Shown: positions 13,555 to 28,100 of the stretch, in pieces
Layout of the letters: the number at the start of each line of letters is the position of its first letter
Numbering within the stretch: the stretch's first letter is position 1
Source: Octopus vulgaris
Taxonomy: Eukaryota
DNA: 64,000 nucleotides
Assembly (NCBI GenBank): GCA_951406725.2
Contig: OX597825.1
Coordinates: 82,894,001-82,958,000 of the forward strand
Reading direction: 5' to 3'
The notes under the pieces: model-generated
Seen by the model: only the letters and a program-made list of their open reading frames with translations
Told to the model about the DNA's origin: nothing
Databases searched by the model: none
Made by a program: the position numbers and the translations under genes

Positions 13555-13967
13555 TGATAAATCAGTCCGAAATGGTGTTCAATGATAAGTGATCTCAACT
13601 AGAGTTGAGCCAGCGTTCAACAACAGGAAGAGAAGAATCAACAGCAAAAACAATCTCACGTTCATATGAATATTAATGAGGTTGACAAAATTTATTATGT
13701 CAAAGCAACAATAACTTCAACGTTGTACTTGACATGGTTGTTACAGTGTGAGGTCGTCGATCAAATATGGCGGCGGCTCTATTATTTGTATGGATTTATC
13801 GAAATGGGAATGGGTCGTGTCCAGCTGTGACATAATGCATGTACAATGCTGTCATTATACTTTTGTTGAGAGGAGACACTAGGCAGTATCACACATGTCA
13901 TATACATATACATACAGAAACACACACGCACACATATATATATGCATATATATATGTATATATATAC

Positions 13968-14054
<87 letters not shown>

Positions 14055-15064
14055 TGTGTGTGTGTATATATAAGGATATGTATATACATATGTTTATGGG
14101 GATAATGCTTTGAAATATATACCAGCATATTTATGAGGTTGACCTAAGGAAAAACGGTGTTAGCGGTAATGGCTGTGGTGGTGTTTATGTTGGTGTTGTT
14201 GTTGGTGGTTGTGGTGGCTGTGGTGGTGGTTGTGTTGTTGGTGGTGGTGGTGGTGGCGGTGGTGGCGGTGGCACTGGTGGCAGCGGCGCTGGTGGTGGTG
14301 GTTTCTGTCCATATTTTGCCTGAGTTCGGCAAAGTTATAATAAAAGATGTTGGAACCCTAAACTTCTCTACCTTTTTTTTTACCTCTCTGATTCTGTACT
14401 TTGAAGTATATTTTAAATTTTGTACTCCTTTTAAACCGTCCGAATGAAATTCGGGCTTGCTTTTGGCTGCTGCCTCTAACAAATTGTGTGATATCATATA
14501 AGTTACGTCGATGGCTCATGCCCCACCACTAATGCTCACTCGCTCAGTGAACGCTGTAGAGATTTTTCTTCTTTCTCTTTTGTTTTTTCTAATCTGGGAT
14601 CAATTTTATAGCGGTTTCCCAAGTTAAGCATTCTAATTGTATATCTTTTTCCCCGAGTCTTCGTAAATATAACATTTTGGATTTCAGATTAAGCTAAATG
14701 AATTCCAATTATTCTATAATACATAATAGTATGACTTAAACACGACGTTCTTACATTGCAATGGGGTTTCAATCCCTTGACGGAACCGTATCAGCCCCGT
14801 TAGTATATTTTAGTTTTTGGTGGAGCCTGCGTTAGTGTTGGTGGAATCCCTTACACTACAAGACTGTCAACAGCTGATTTCTACAAGAAAGGGAGAAATT
14901 CACGCAGACGGGAAGAAAGAGGATAGAGATGTGTCGACCATAGTAGAGTAAGTGTACTTTATTTATCGTCCCCGTACGAATGAAAGACAAAAATGGCCTG
15001 AGCTGGATTTGAACAACCAGCCTGAAAAGCAATACATTTATGTTCTAAGGATTCTGTCAAGAAT

Positions 15065-15506
15065 TTGTACTGAAACGTTCCTGGCTTCGGGGTAAAAGAG
15101 AATACAGGAAGATGAGTTAATTGTGATTTTATTCTACATATTCCCTTCTCAGATTCATACCCATATTGCAAAGATACTTCAGTTTTTCTAAGCCCTGTAC
15201 TAGAACAAGGGTGGATAGGCCTCCAACCAGGCTTTTCGCGATATCCTTGAAACCAAGAACTTTTCAATTACCTCTTCTGTACATGTGTGTGTGTGCAAAT
15301 ACGAGCTGGATGCAGACAGTTCCTGGGTTTGGGTAAAACAAAATACAGCGGGAGCAGTTAATTATGATATTCCGCACTCGGATTAACATACTTATTGCAG
15401 CGATCCTTCAGTTTTTCTAAGTCTTGTAAAAGTACTCGGAATATTGGGCTTCGAACCAGGCCTTTCGCCAGACCCTTAAAGCTAGGAAATTTTCAGCAAA
15501 CCCTCG
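15065..15506 (-). mobile_element. Two adjacent degenerate mariner MITEs
   Basis: Same family as 8860-9076; second copy 15302-15506 has TA|CGAG...CTCG|TA ends. Confidence 0.7.
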
Positions 15507-16286
15507 TATATTTTGTGTAGCAAATGGTTCATTCTGTAAGTGCATTTTTAAAGAATTTCTGACTCCAGCTTAAAAGAAATCTTCTTAGTGGTCTGTCGAT
15601 CTCATAGAAAGAGCGATTATGATGTGTATATCAAGTACAGTCAAAGTATTCAAAATAGAACGACACAATCGATAATGTAGTCCTAGATAGGCAATGCCGG
15701 ATCGATAAGTTAGCAGGATCATCACGTATGGAATATTTTTGATATCAGATTTCCTTAAAGATAGATGACTTGGAGCAAAACATCAACAACAATTACAAGA
15801 ACTACAGATATTTGAGCCAAAGTGACAGTCAGTACAGGATCAATCGAAATCTATCTAACTATCTATATATATATGAAACCATCAAATCATCCGCAAGTCA
15901 GATTTTGGTGTCTCACTAAAATAAAAATGACACACTGAACACCGAAGTCTTGCAAAACAATAACAACTTTTGGGATGGTCTCGAGCGAAATGTCTTTGAT
16001 ATGTTAACTTAAACAGATCTGACACAAACGGCTAAACAGCACAAACAACGTCGTCGCCATTATCCTCATCGTCATCATCATCATCATCGTCGTCGTCGTC
16101 GTCGTTGTCATCATCATCATCATCATCATCAACATCGTCGACGACGACAACAACAGCGTCTAGTTCCGGTACTAATTTTCCTTCCTTATACTGACATCAG
16201 GCCTAAGTTTTTTCCACGAAAAGAAAACAGACAACGAACTCGAAACAACCCATACATTGTTTTCAATTGCATAGTTTCCTGGAAAC

Positions 16287-16379
<93 letters not shown>

Positions 16380-16381
<2 letters not shown>

Positions 16382-17983
16382 GAATGTCATAAAAGAACTA
16401 GACCCAGCGGAGAGCTACAAGTACCTAGGGATAATTGAAGGGAACGGAATAAGGCATTCAGAGATGAAGGAAAGGATCAGGAGAGAATGCTATCGAAGAG
16501 TGAGAGCAATACTCAAGACAGAGCTGAATGCAAGAAACAGGATCGAAGCAATCAATGCATTAGCTATACCAGTCGTGACTTACAGTTTCAATATTGTTAA
16601 CTGGTCAATTACTGAAATATGTCAGCTCGACAGAAAAATAAGGAAACTGTTGACAATGCATAGAATGCACCACCCTAAGGCAGATACAGAACGACTCTAT
16701 CTGCCAAGAAAAGAGGGAGGCCGTGGTCTTTTGCAACTGGCAATAACAATGAAGATTGCTACAATTGGCCTAGACACCTACCTGAAAAACTCTGAGGACT
16801 GGATGCTAAAACTTGTCTCAAAACATGAAAACAAGAAAGCATCATACTCAGTCACAAAACAGGCAAAGGAATATCTAAGTGAATTCCGAATACAACCAAT
16901 TTCGGAATTAGAGATAGATATACAAGAAACAAGCACAGAAAAAGCTAGGCGCATGAAAACCCGTGCCAAAACTGCGGCCTTAGATATTCTGAATAATAAA
17001 TGACAAGAAAAACCTCTCTATGGCAAATACCCAAAGAGAGCGAATAATGCAGATATCGACAAAGCCCTGACCCATCAATGGCTAATGGCCTCTGGCTTAA
17101 AATCTGAAACAGAGGGGTTTATCATAGCAGCTCAAGATCAATGCCTACCAACAAGAAACTACCAGGCCAACATATTAAAGATCAGAAGCAGTCCAACGTG
17201 TCGTGTATGCAAGCAACAAAATGAAACCATTGACCATGTGGTCTCCAAGTGCAGTCTTCTAGCGCCTACAGAGTATCTCAACAGGCACGATAGAGCTGCA
17301 CAATATATTCACTGGGTAATCTGTAAAAACCTGGATTTGCCCCATGAAAAAAACTGGTGGGAACACAAACCACCCCCAGTGCTTGAAAATGACCACATCT
17401 CACTCCTCTGGAACTTCACCATTCAAACTGACAGGAAGATAGATGCAAATAGGCCAGACATCATATTGAAAAACTTCAAACAAAGAACATGCCTCCTCAT
17501 TGATATGACTGTCCCAATCGATATAAACGTATCTGTCAAGACCTACCAAAAACTGAGCAAATATAAAGATCTTGAAATAGAAATCAGCAAAATGTGGAAG
17601 CTGAAGACTAAAACAATACCTGTTGTCATAGGTGCCCTGGGAATGATAGCAAAAGGGGCTGATAGCTACCTAACTCAGATACCAGGAAACCCAAAAATGG
17701 CAGAAGTTCAAAAGATAGTGCTCATGGGAACTGCTCATATCCTACGCAAAATACTCTCTATGTAATCTCAAGGTTTAAAACAAACATAATTTTCGGTTTA
17801 AAAAAAAAAGAAAAAAAAAAAACTTTTTTTTTTTAGACATTCATTAGTACAACATCCCCACCCCCCAAATATATGGCACACTAGGCATAACAACAACATG
17901 AACTTCCAACCCTGTTGTCTCTTGAGGTCTCTGGGTGAGACTTGGAGCCAACTTGTACAAATATAAAGCAAAAGTCAAACATA
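16380..17983 (+). mobile_element. 5'-truncated R4/Dong-clade RLE retrotransposon #1 (RT thumb, CCHC, restriction-like endonuclease)
   Basis: YKYLG, RKEGGRGL, CRVC..ETIDHVVSKC, RHD, RPDI..D..K..KY; ORF to 17765 with one TGG>TGA stop at 17001; flanked by (TAA)n. Confidence 0.93.
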
Positions 17984-18009
17984 TAATAATAATAATAATA
18001 ATAATAATA

Positions 18010-18150
18010 TCTATCTGATATGCTAAATACTCTATCTGATATGCTAAATACTCTATCTGATATGCTAAATACTCTATCTGATATGCTAAATCCTCTATCT
18101 GATATGCTAAATAGAACTGGACTCTATCTGATATGCTAAATAGAACTGGA
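18010..18150 (+). repeat. Six tandem copies of TCTATCTGATATGCTAAAT (period 21 x4, then 29)
   Basis: Read directly; the unit is the first nucleotides of the truncated RT ORF (LSDMLN). Confidence 0.95.
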
Positions 18151-19860
18151 TGCGGATATAAATGTTACGGCAAAACGATCAGCCACCTTTTATATATGGA
18201 TGACCTAAAACTATACGCTGCAAATGACAAACAGCTGGAAACACTATTAAAGACAGTTCATGGATTTACCAAAGAAATAGATATGAAATTTGGATTAGAA
18301 AAATGCGCCAAAGTAACCATGAAAAGAGGAAAACTAGTTAAGAGTAACAACATCACACTAGATGAAGCAAATGAAATAAAAGAATTAGACCAAAGCCAAA
18401 CTTACAAATACTTAGGAATCCATGAACTAGATAAGACACAACACACACAAATGAAAGAGAAGATAAAAAAAGAATATTATAGACGAGTTAGATCAATACT
18501 AAACACAGAGCTCAATGCTAAAAACAAGATAATAGGTATCAACACTTTAGCTGTCCCAGTTATAAGTTACAGCTACAATATCCTTAACTGGACACGAAAT
18601 GAACTGACCAAAATAGACAGGAAAACAAGAAAAATAATGACAGGATCTAGGATGCATCACCCAAAATCTGACATAGAAAGACTATATATACAACGTATAG
18701 AAGGTGGTAGAGGCCTTATACAGCTGGAAAACTACTATAAAATAACCACCATAGGACTGCAAAAATATCTACTTCAGAAGGAAGGAAAACTGATCCAGAT
18801 AGCGGCAAAACACGAGCAAAACAAAAAACTGTTCTCAGTATTTAAGGAAGCTGACAAATACAAACAAGAAATCATACCACCTAATAAACATGAAGAAGAA
18901 GAAGAAGAAGATGAAGAAACAACAAAAGCTATAAAAAAAATGAAATCCAAACTAAAAAATAGAACAGCAACGAACCATGATAAAACGGTGGCAAGAAAAG
19001 CCCCTTCATGGTAAATACTGGACTAAACTAAACGCAAAAGAAATAGACAAAGAAAAATCCCAGCAATGGTTGAGAAGCTCAGGACTCAAAGCAGAAACAG
19101 AGGGATTTTTAATTGCAGCACAAGACCAAAGCCTCCCCACCAGAAATTACCAAAAACATGTAATGAAAAGAAATATTACAAGTAACTGCAGAATATGTGG
19201 AGATGGACAAGAAACAATAAATCATATTATCTCTAGCTGCCCAGTCCTGGCTAAGAAGGAATATATTCACAGACATGACAGAGTTGGAACTTACATACAT
19301 TGGAAGCTATGCCAACATTATGGAATAACAACAGAAAAAAGATGGTATAGGCACACACCAGAAAAGGTCACAGAAAACGAGAAAGCAACCATACTTTGGG
19401 ATATGCCGATACACACAGATAGAGAAATTAAGGCCAACAGACCAGATATAGTTGTCAGAGACCATGAAGAAAAAAATGCTTTCTAATTGATGTATTAGTA
19501 CCGGCAGATGACAACGTGTCTCTAAAAGAAATGGAGAAACTCTCAAAATACAAAGACCTGGAAATAGAGGTAACTAGAATGTGGAATCTGAAAACAGAAA
19601 CAATTCCTATCATAGTAGGTGCATTAGGCATGATAAAAAAATATTCAGACAAATACATAACAAAAACACCAGGACTTACAAACACATATAACATACAGAA
19701 AATTGCACTACTAGGCACTGCACACATCCTACGCAGAACACTTTCCATACAATAACCATCAGAGCATCACAACAAATCACAGCACATACCCAAGGCACAC
19801 AGAGCTGCGCTCGGTAGTGAAGTGAAAGCACGCTATAAAAATAAAAATAAAACTACTGAA
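18010..19860 (+). mobile_element. 5'-truncated R4/Dong-clade RLE retrotransposon #2 (different subfamily)
   Basis: SHLLYMDD RT motif, YKYLG, GGRGL, CRIC..ETINHIISSC, RHD, RPDI; two poly-A frameshifts; stop at 19755; flanked by (TAA)n. Confidence 0.95.
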
Positions 19861-20648
19861 TAATAATAATAATAATTTTTAAATTGTAACTGAGGAACAA
19901 AATATCACCAAGTTTGCAGTAAAGGATAATGTCAGTTGATGGAATAGATAATAGATACCGGGTTTGTCTTTCCTCCACAGATATAAAAATAACAGATTAA
20001 ATTTTATATGGATAAAATTTCAACCCAGAACACACAGGAAATATTGCTACCTAAAGTAAGGTATTTAGAGTTAAGTGAATTCCTTCTAATTCATTAGAAT
20101 ATTCGGTAAACAAACAGAGGAAATGACATTTTGTTTTGCAGAAATGGAAGCGTTTTTGCATAATTTTCCTTCAAGAAAAAAGTGAACATATTCATTACAA
20201 GGAAGATATTTGTACCTCATCAAACTAAGTGAATTTATATACAAGCAAACACCAAAATTCCGGGGAACGGCGGTAATGAGCGTGCATCATAAAGTGAATA
20301 ATTTGAAAACCGTACGCAACACAGGTGTATCGCGTTATGTCGGTAAGGCGTCTACTGAAATGGAAACGGTTCTTGGATCGCTTGTCAAATATTTTCAAGC
20401 GTCAAAATCTGGCAAAAATTCAATGATGTATTTTCTGTCTGGAACTAGAATTCTGTTCTATATTTAAGAAAAAAAAAGGGAAGAGAATAGATTTCGGAAT
20501 ATAATTAAACTTCCGGTTAAAATAGTATATGCAAGCAAACTTGAGCCGGATAGATACATATAGTAATGTACAAAAATTACAGATATAGAAATACACAGAA
20601 ACTTCCAAACAAACAATCAGCTAACACATACATACACTTCCGCGCATA

Positions 20649-20852
20649 CGAGGGGCTGCTGAAAAGTTTCTGGTATTATGGGTGTCGCAGCCAGGTTGGA
20701 AGCCCAATTTTCCGAGTTCTTTTATAGGGTTTAGAAATACCAAGTGGCCGAAGCAATAAGTGTGTGAATCTGAGATTGGAATATGTCGAATAAAATCATA
20801 ATTAACTGATCCGGTTGTATTACTTTTACCCAAGGCCGGAAAATTTTCAGCA
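20649..20852 (+). mobile_element. Mariner-derived MITE
   Basis: TA|CGAGGGGCTGCTGAAAAGTT TIR; homologous to 8860-9076. Confidence 0.75.
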
Positions 20853-20895
<43 letters not shown>

Positions 20896-21005
20896 TATGT
20901 ATGGTCCAGTACACAATGTTAGATGAGTATAGTGAGTAAAGAGTTGTAACAGAAAACAAAGAGATGACACTGGGATGAAATACAGGTTATGTAATGAACC
21001 TCATT

Positions 21006-21086
21006 AGCTTACAGCTGTTTCGGCGTTAAGGTGTGATGGAATCTTAGTTGTGTACCTGGATAATTCCCTATAGCTTCATCAGAACC
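21006..21086 (-). ncRNA. Hammerhead motif with long stem II
   Basis: Minus strand: GGTT-CTGATGA-[54 nt]-GAAA-CAGCTG-TA-AGCT; palindromic stem III ACAGCTGT. Confidence 0.65.
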
Positions 21087-22219
21087 TTCAATATGTAAAA
21101 ATTATATTTTCAGAACATACAGGCTTTATGGGTGAGAAAGTTAATGCTGATAACTATGGAAATGTCTGTCATAAAGTATTAAAAATTTATGCAAATTTAT
21201 GCATGCACTTACAACAGAATATACATATGCTTGCTTTTCTGAAACAAAGCTAGCAATGAGGTCACAGAATGTGTGAAAAAACATTTGACTGGAGTATGAA
21301 CTAAAATTTATATGAATAAATAGAAGAGTGAGGCTCAGTTAAATAGTGCGTGTGTTTAAGTGAGAAAAAAATGGCCTTCCCCGAGTATAACAACAATGCT
21401 ATCGTATCGTTCCTAAATATTGTTTGGTTTATGGTCAGATTCAAGACGTTCAGGATATTTCTTATTTCGTCTCAAAATGTTGTAACATTTCAGGATAAAA
21501 TTAGTAAATATCTCAGTAAAGATAAATTTTCAAAATTTTTTGAGTAAGCTTCTCTGAGAAATTTGAACTTTTATAGCAGAAAAAGGGAAGGTATAGTACA
21601 AGAAAAAAAATTAGCATTTGAAAACTGTTTGTTTGTTTGAGTATTTTGAACGAGATTTTAAGTTAAACGAAAACTACAGCTTGATATTTAAATGGAAGTG
21701 AAATGAAGTGAATGATTTTCTTTTATAGAATTCGGTGATAATAACCTTTTAGAATTTCTGTTCTTTGAGTTGATGTTTAGGATATTGTCTCATAAACGAA
21801 AAGATCTGCAAAGCGGATAAAGAAGATAGTTGCAATGACATTCAACCATATTCATTATCATATGACAAAAGTTAGCAGATTCTGAGCTCCTTATAATATG
21901 CCAGGTGAAGAAACTTCTAGAAATGAAAATATTTGGTATTATGAGCTTTGAACAGAAAAGCATAATGTTCAAAGCCCATAATTCCATAATTCTCCTGTAT
22001 AATTATATGCATCAGAAAATGGTGAGTTTATAGATTTTGATACGTCTGCCTCCATTTTGTTTCAATCTGTGGCATTACTTATATCTGTGAACACACATTC
22101 TGAAATATACATACATATATACATGCATAGATACATACATACACGCACACCCGCCTACAACCACGCACACGCACACACTCATACACATACGCATGTACAT
22201 ATACATGCAATATACTAAA

Positions 22220-22560
22220 AAGGGTAACGATCCCGTTCGGTCATGAATGACCACGGAATTACAAGACTGTTCCTCACCGAGGCAAAAGTCTCAAGTCTGG
22301 GTAAAGGTTGGTTAAGGAAAACCATCAGTCGCCCATGCAAACAAGGCCCCGTTTCTCCATGCCAGCGATGTCATCGAAAGGAAAGGCAAACGCCGATACA
22401 GCTTAATACAGGTGACGACACAACTCATTTCTACAGGTGAGTGAAGAGGAGTAATATAAAATAAAGTGTGCCTTGCTGAAGAACACATCATACAGCCCGA
22501 CCCGTAGATCGAATTCATCTCATGAAAGTCACAGCGAGATCTCATTGAGCATGCGACCGT
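22220..22560 (-). mobile_element. Degenerate tRNA-SINE family E
   Basis: Minus strand TTCAGCAAGGCAC...CTCACCTGTAGAAATGAGT core; related fragment at 37280-37415. Confidence 0.5.
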
Positions 22561-22639
22561 GTGCTGCAAGCTGCCAGCGCGCCACACAACTAGTCTGGGA
22601 ACTTTTAGATATATATATCAAACAGATCTCAGACTAGTT

Positions 22640-22708
<69 letters not shown>

Positions 22709-22715
22709 ATATATT

Positions 22716-22763
<48 letters not shown>

Positions 22764-24044
22764 CCGAATCTTGACTGCTGAGAAAATTCTTGTTTAAGAA
22801 TAAACCCTTACTTTGTAGAATATAAGTTAGCCGCTCACATTAATATGAAGTTATGTTATTTATTTTGCAAGATTCTTGATGTGAAAGCGTGTATTGAAAT
22901 AAATATGACTATACTTGGACATAGTCTTTATTCTTGCCAATTAAACACACGCACTATTTATTTGATATTCGCTCTACTTTTTATTCGTATCATAAGGGTA
23001 AAATGGATTTGTAAGTTAAGTATATTTATAAACGAACATTATTCTCCTCTACATAATAGGCGAGGTTGGTAACGCTCAATATAGTTACGTGTGTGTATGT
23101 GTACGTGCGTGTGTGTATATACACGTAGAAGCATACTTGTATATCTCGCTTCCCTCCCTCTGTCTGCGAAGGTCACGAGTTCAAATGCCTCTCAAATAAT
23201 TCCTCGGGGAAAATGTAAAACATTAAGATCATTTGTCTGTAGATTAATGCCTATATAAGCAATTTAAAAGTCTCTTCCTCGTCTTGCGCCAGAGGCTTTT
23301 ATCTGAATGAAAGAAATAGCATGGCGAACATTTGACATTAAAACAACGAAGTACAGCGTGAACTATCATTGATTTTCTTCGCAAATCACCGTTCATCTTC
23401 ATTATCAAAGGACATAAAAGTCGAATTCTTTCTTACTATATCGCTAAATACGATGAGGAAAACGGAGTTCGTTCGTATATCTTTTCCATCAGTATGTAGT
23501 GCCTTAAGGAATGTTTTGAAATTATGTTGACCTACATTACTTTAGATGATGCTAAGTAAAACAGATACGGTTGGTGATGAACGAAATGTCTTTCGATAAA
23601 TAACAAAAGAGTGACATATATTCGTTGATACGAAGGTAGATAATTCCTTCATTAAATATTCGAGTCACTTGCCAGGAGCGATTTTAAATTAGGTGAAAAT
23701 AAATTCCTGTATAAAGACGTCTAGACAATCAAATAATTGGCTTTATTTATTCACTAATCAACCACAATACACAAACAGACATTTTATTTAACATTTTAAA
23801 AAATCTTCCCGTAAGCATGTTGTTTTTTAAGGTCAAACTTTATCTTGAAAGATGTGAAAATAAATGTTGAAACGTAAGGAAATAGAAAATAATAACATTT
23901 TCGTTTTGTTTTTTTTTATAAAAAATGAGATATTATTCCATATAAAGTCATATACATTGATTTTCACATATGTACACTATGTAAGACAAACATATCTATC
24001 TTGCTTAGAAATGTTTTTATTTCCTCTGTAATATATATTCTGCT

Positions 24045-24515
24045 ACTCTTTTCAGTCATTTGACTGTGGCCATGCTGGAGCACCACCTTTTCGTCGAGCA
24101 AATCGACCCCAGGACTTATTCTTTGTAAGCCTAATAATTATTCTATCGGTCTCTTTTGCCGAACCGCTAAGTTAAGGGGGCGTAAACACACAAGCATCAG
24201 TGGTCAAGTGATGTTGGGGGGACAAACACAGACACACAAACGTATACACATACACATACATATACATATATATACATATACACGACGGGCTTCTTTCAGT
24301 TTCCACCTACCAAATCCACTCACAAGGCTTTGGTCGGCCCGAGGCAATAGTAGAAGACACTAGTCCGAGGTGGTTGGTAAGCAAGCTACTCACCACACAG
24401 CCACTCCTACGCCTGTACTCTATATCGTCAAAAATATATGCTTTATACATCAAAGTACAGCTGGCATTATATACTTTTATGTTGGGTGTTTGTTTGTATA
24501 CATATGTATACAAAT

Positions 24516-24577
<62 letters not shown>

Positions 24578-24967
24578 TCTTTACTCTTTTACTTGTTTCA
24601 GTCATTTGACTGCGGGCATGCTGGAGCACCGCCTTTAGTCGAGCAAATCGACCCCGGGACTTATTCTTTGTAAGCCCAGTACTTATTCTATCGGTCTCTT
24701 TTGCCGAACCGCTAGGTGACGGGGACGTAAACACACCAGCATCGGTTGTCAAGCAATACTAGGGGGATACACACAAACACACACATACACATATATATAT
24801 ACATATATACGACAGGCTTCTTTCAGTTTCCGTCTACCAAATCCACTCACAAGGGCATTGGTCGGCCCGGGGCTATAGCAGAAGACACTTGCCCAAGATG
24901 CCACGCAGTGGAACTGAACCCGGAACCATGTGGTTGGTAGACAAGCTACTTACCACACAGCCGCTCC

Positions 24968-24970
<3 letters not shown>
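24045..24970 (-). mobile_element. Two tandem tRNA-SINE family B copies (24045-24412 internally deleted; 24576-24970 full length)
   Basis: A/B-box-like head GGCTGTGTGGTAAG...GGTTCAGTTCC, core CTTGGGCAAGTGTCTTC, internal (TA/TG)n, tail GGCGGTGCTCCAGCATG...GACTGAAAC. Confidence 0.9.
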
Positions 24971-25005
<35 letters not shown>

Positions 25006-25376
25006 TATGGGTTATAGACTTACATACAGCGCCACCTTGCCAGGCTTTCATGCTTCTATCGAAATGCACGAAGTTGAAAGAATTGTGACAACTAAAATGT
25101 CGGGCTGAATTATTTTGTTTACTTTCGTCCATATTTTCCAATCTCTTAAACAAAATTCTCACCAAATAGCCTCGTGCGAATGTGTCATTTCCCATAGGAT
25201 TGTTTTTTTTTTTTCGTGTACCATTGTGTATTTATATACATTGATATTCAAACATGAAACAGATTTGAGTTGCAAAAATTTAAAATTTGAGACACTTCCT
25301 GTAAAAAATTTCTTAAATATTAAAGAAAACGTGACTGAATGTCTACAATCTCTTTACTGAAATGTTATTTACCTAG

Positions 25377-25447
<71 letters not shown>

Positions 25448-25468
25448 TACATACATCTATCTGCCAAA

Positions 25469-25510
<42 letters not shown>

Positions 25511-25844
25511 ATAATGAGAGACCCACACATGTAAATAGATAACTACTGTTATATAGCCAAACATTCACACTTTCAAATGTATATAAATAAATTTGTATAT
25601 AGGCTTACGTATATATATGTTGTAATGCAGAGAGGTACGCTTATACATTCTCATGTTTCGTATGTATAATCCATACACACTTGTTTGCATTTATATATCA
25701 ATACACCTTTACATGACCATATATACAAATATAGATACACAAACTACATATATATATACATATACAGACAGACACACTCACTCTCCTTCCTTCCCTCTCT
25801 CTCTCTCTCTGTCACACGTATATGTACATATATATATACATGCA

Positions 25845-25898
<54 letters not shown>

Positions 25899-26008
25899 GG
25901 CGTAGTTGAGTGATAAAACGTTCACTTGCCAAGCACATGTCTCCGGTTCAGTTTCACTGTGTGCTACCTTGGGCCTTAAGTGTCTTCTACTATATATATA
26001 TACATATA

Positions 26009-26040
<32 letters not shown>

Positions 26041-26053
26041 GATATATATAGAT

Positions 26054-26098
<45 letters not shown>

Positions 26099-26632
26099 AC
26101 ACGTATGAGTGTGTGTGTCGTGTGTGTGTGTGTGTGAGTTTGTATTCCAATATATAAACATACATATACATATCGTGATTCTGAAAACATTATGTATATG
26201 TGTGTGTACATTTGCGCGTTTGTGTGTTCCCGCGTGTGTGAGTGTGTGTGTGTGTGTGTGTGTCTGTCTCTGCGTCTGTCTGTGTATATAAATATACAGA
26301 AACTCAGAAAGTTTTCTCCTCGTCGTCAGATCAATATTATTTTCACACACAGGAACGTAGTTAAATCTACACAACTGCAAATTCAAACATCGAACAGTTT
26401 TTCCGTCGATACTTTTAACGTAGACAATCGACTCCTTATACTTCCGAAGACGTCAACAGAATATTTTTCTTATGGTTTCCAACTTCCGAATCTTCCATGT
26501 TGTAAATATTCCTGTCTTAATTCTAGCGAGATTTTTTTTCGTATCTTCTGTATATTTTTTTTTATTTTGCTTTCCACATACTTTATACCGTTTTTACTCA
26601 CAAATGGCTTTTACCAAATTATCTCCCTTCAT

Positions 26633-27023
26633 GGATGGATGGAAGCACTCCGTCGGTTACGACGACGAGGGTTCCGGTTGATCCGATCAACGGAACAGCC
26701 TGCTCGTGAAATTAACGTGTAAGTGGCTGAGCACTCCACAGACACGTGCACCCGTAACGTAGTTCTCGGGGATATTCAGCGTGACACAGAGAGTGACAAG
26801 GCCGGCCCTTTGAAATACAGGTACAACAGAAACAGGAAGTAAGAGTGAGAGAAAGTTGTGGTGAAAGAGTACAGCAGGGATCACCACCATCGCCTGCCGG
26901 AGCCTCGTGAAGCTTTAGGTGTTTTCGCTCAATAAACACTCACAACGCCCGGTCTGGGAATCGAAACCGCGATCCTACGACCGCGAGTTCACTGCCCTAA
27001 CCACTGGGTCATTGCGCGTCCAC
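26633..27023 (-). mobile_element. tRNA-SINE family C, full length, with TSD
   Basis: Near-identical to 46195-46581; (TCCA)n tail; TSD ATCWCCCTTCAT at 26621-32 and 27024-35. Confidence 0.92.
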
Positions 27024-27884
27024 ATCACCCTTCATAATGACCCATTAAATCGGTTGGTCGGCGGTACATTTCTATATCAACAAACCCAGTAATCTTCAAA
27101 CTTTTTGTTTCTGTAGATGCACAATATAGTCATTACCATTTTTCTTATAGAAATGGTGTTTCAAAATCGAGAAATCGTGTATATTATTATTAAGATTTTA
27201 AATTAAAATTCCGTTCATCACGATTATCTTTTCATTACTTCCGGTGCCAATTTTACTTACTCCAATACATCTTCCAAAACACTTTCGCCTTGCACCAGAA
27301 TTTAGAAATCCTTATTTGGTCTGGTTACAATAAACCGTAAAATTAATAAAACAATATGTCTGTTAACTGGTTACCTTTTTAACTACTTGACTAACAATAA
27401 AAGAAGTGAAATACACTCAGTGCCTGAGTTTTCATTTCCATGATGACCCTCCCAATGTACAACAAAATCTATCTCAACACATGGAAGCCAGATATAAAAC
27501 AACAATACTTACAACGTTTCTAAATCTCTTTTGAACGAATTAACTTGATTTATGCAACCTTGTATTTGACAGGCGGGAATAGTAACTGGGTAATTAATTT
27601 TAATGTGTAGCATTCATTAACATATCATAATGTTTAATTAATTGTATATTATATCTAGAACTGGATCTCACTCCTCGTCAATGTTAACTGATTCCCATTA
27701 GGTGTCTGAACTGTATCACTATGTCATATAAATGCTGGCATTCACCTACATTTCGGTAATGAATCAAGTCGCTATATTCAATATTTGTAAGACATATCTC
27801 TCTGTCACTCAGATATTGATTATTTTCTGGGCGGAACAATAAAACTCATTAACGAATAACGTAAATAATAAGTAAAAATACGTT

Positions 27885-28100
27885 CATATATTTGTTTTGC
27901 AAGATTTTTGATGTGAAATCGTGTGTTGAAACAGATACTGTTGTATTTCGGAATGGTCATTTTGCCAGTTTAGCCAATAAAAACACACGCACTATGTTTT
28001 TGGTGTTACTTTGCTTCAGTGTTATTTATTTTTTACATTAATTTTAATCTTATTTCCGCCAGAGTTCTTTCGTCAAAGGACCGCATCAGAGGTCCTTTGC
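27885..28100. mobile_element. Repeat family D, probably Penelope-derived
   Basis: Three copies in the window; degenerate HHR-like CTGATGC-G-GTC-CTTT-GAC-GAAA on minus strand at 28056-28093. Confidence 0.5.

Noticed and set aside
18010-18150. CRISPR-like array
   Set aside because: No unique spacers; the unit is part of the adjacent RT ORF; eukaryotic context
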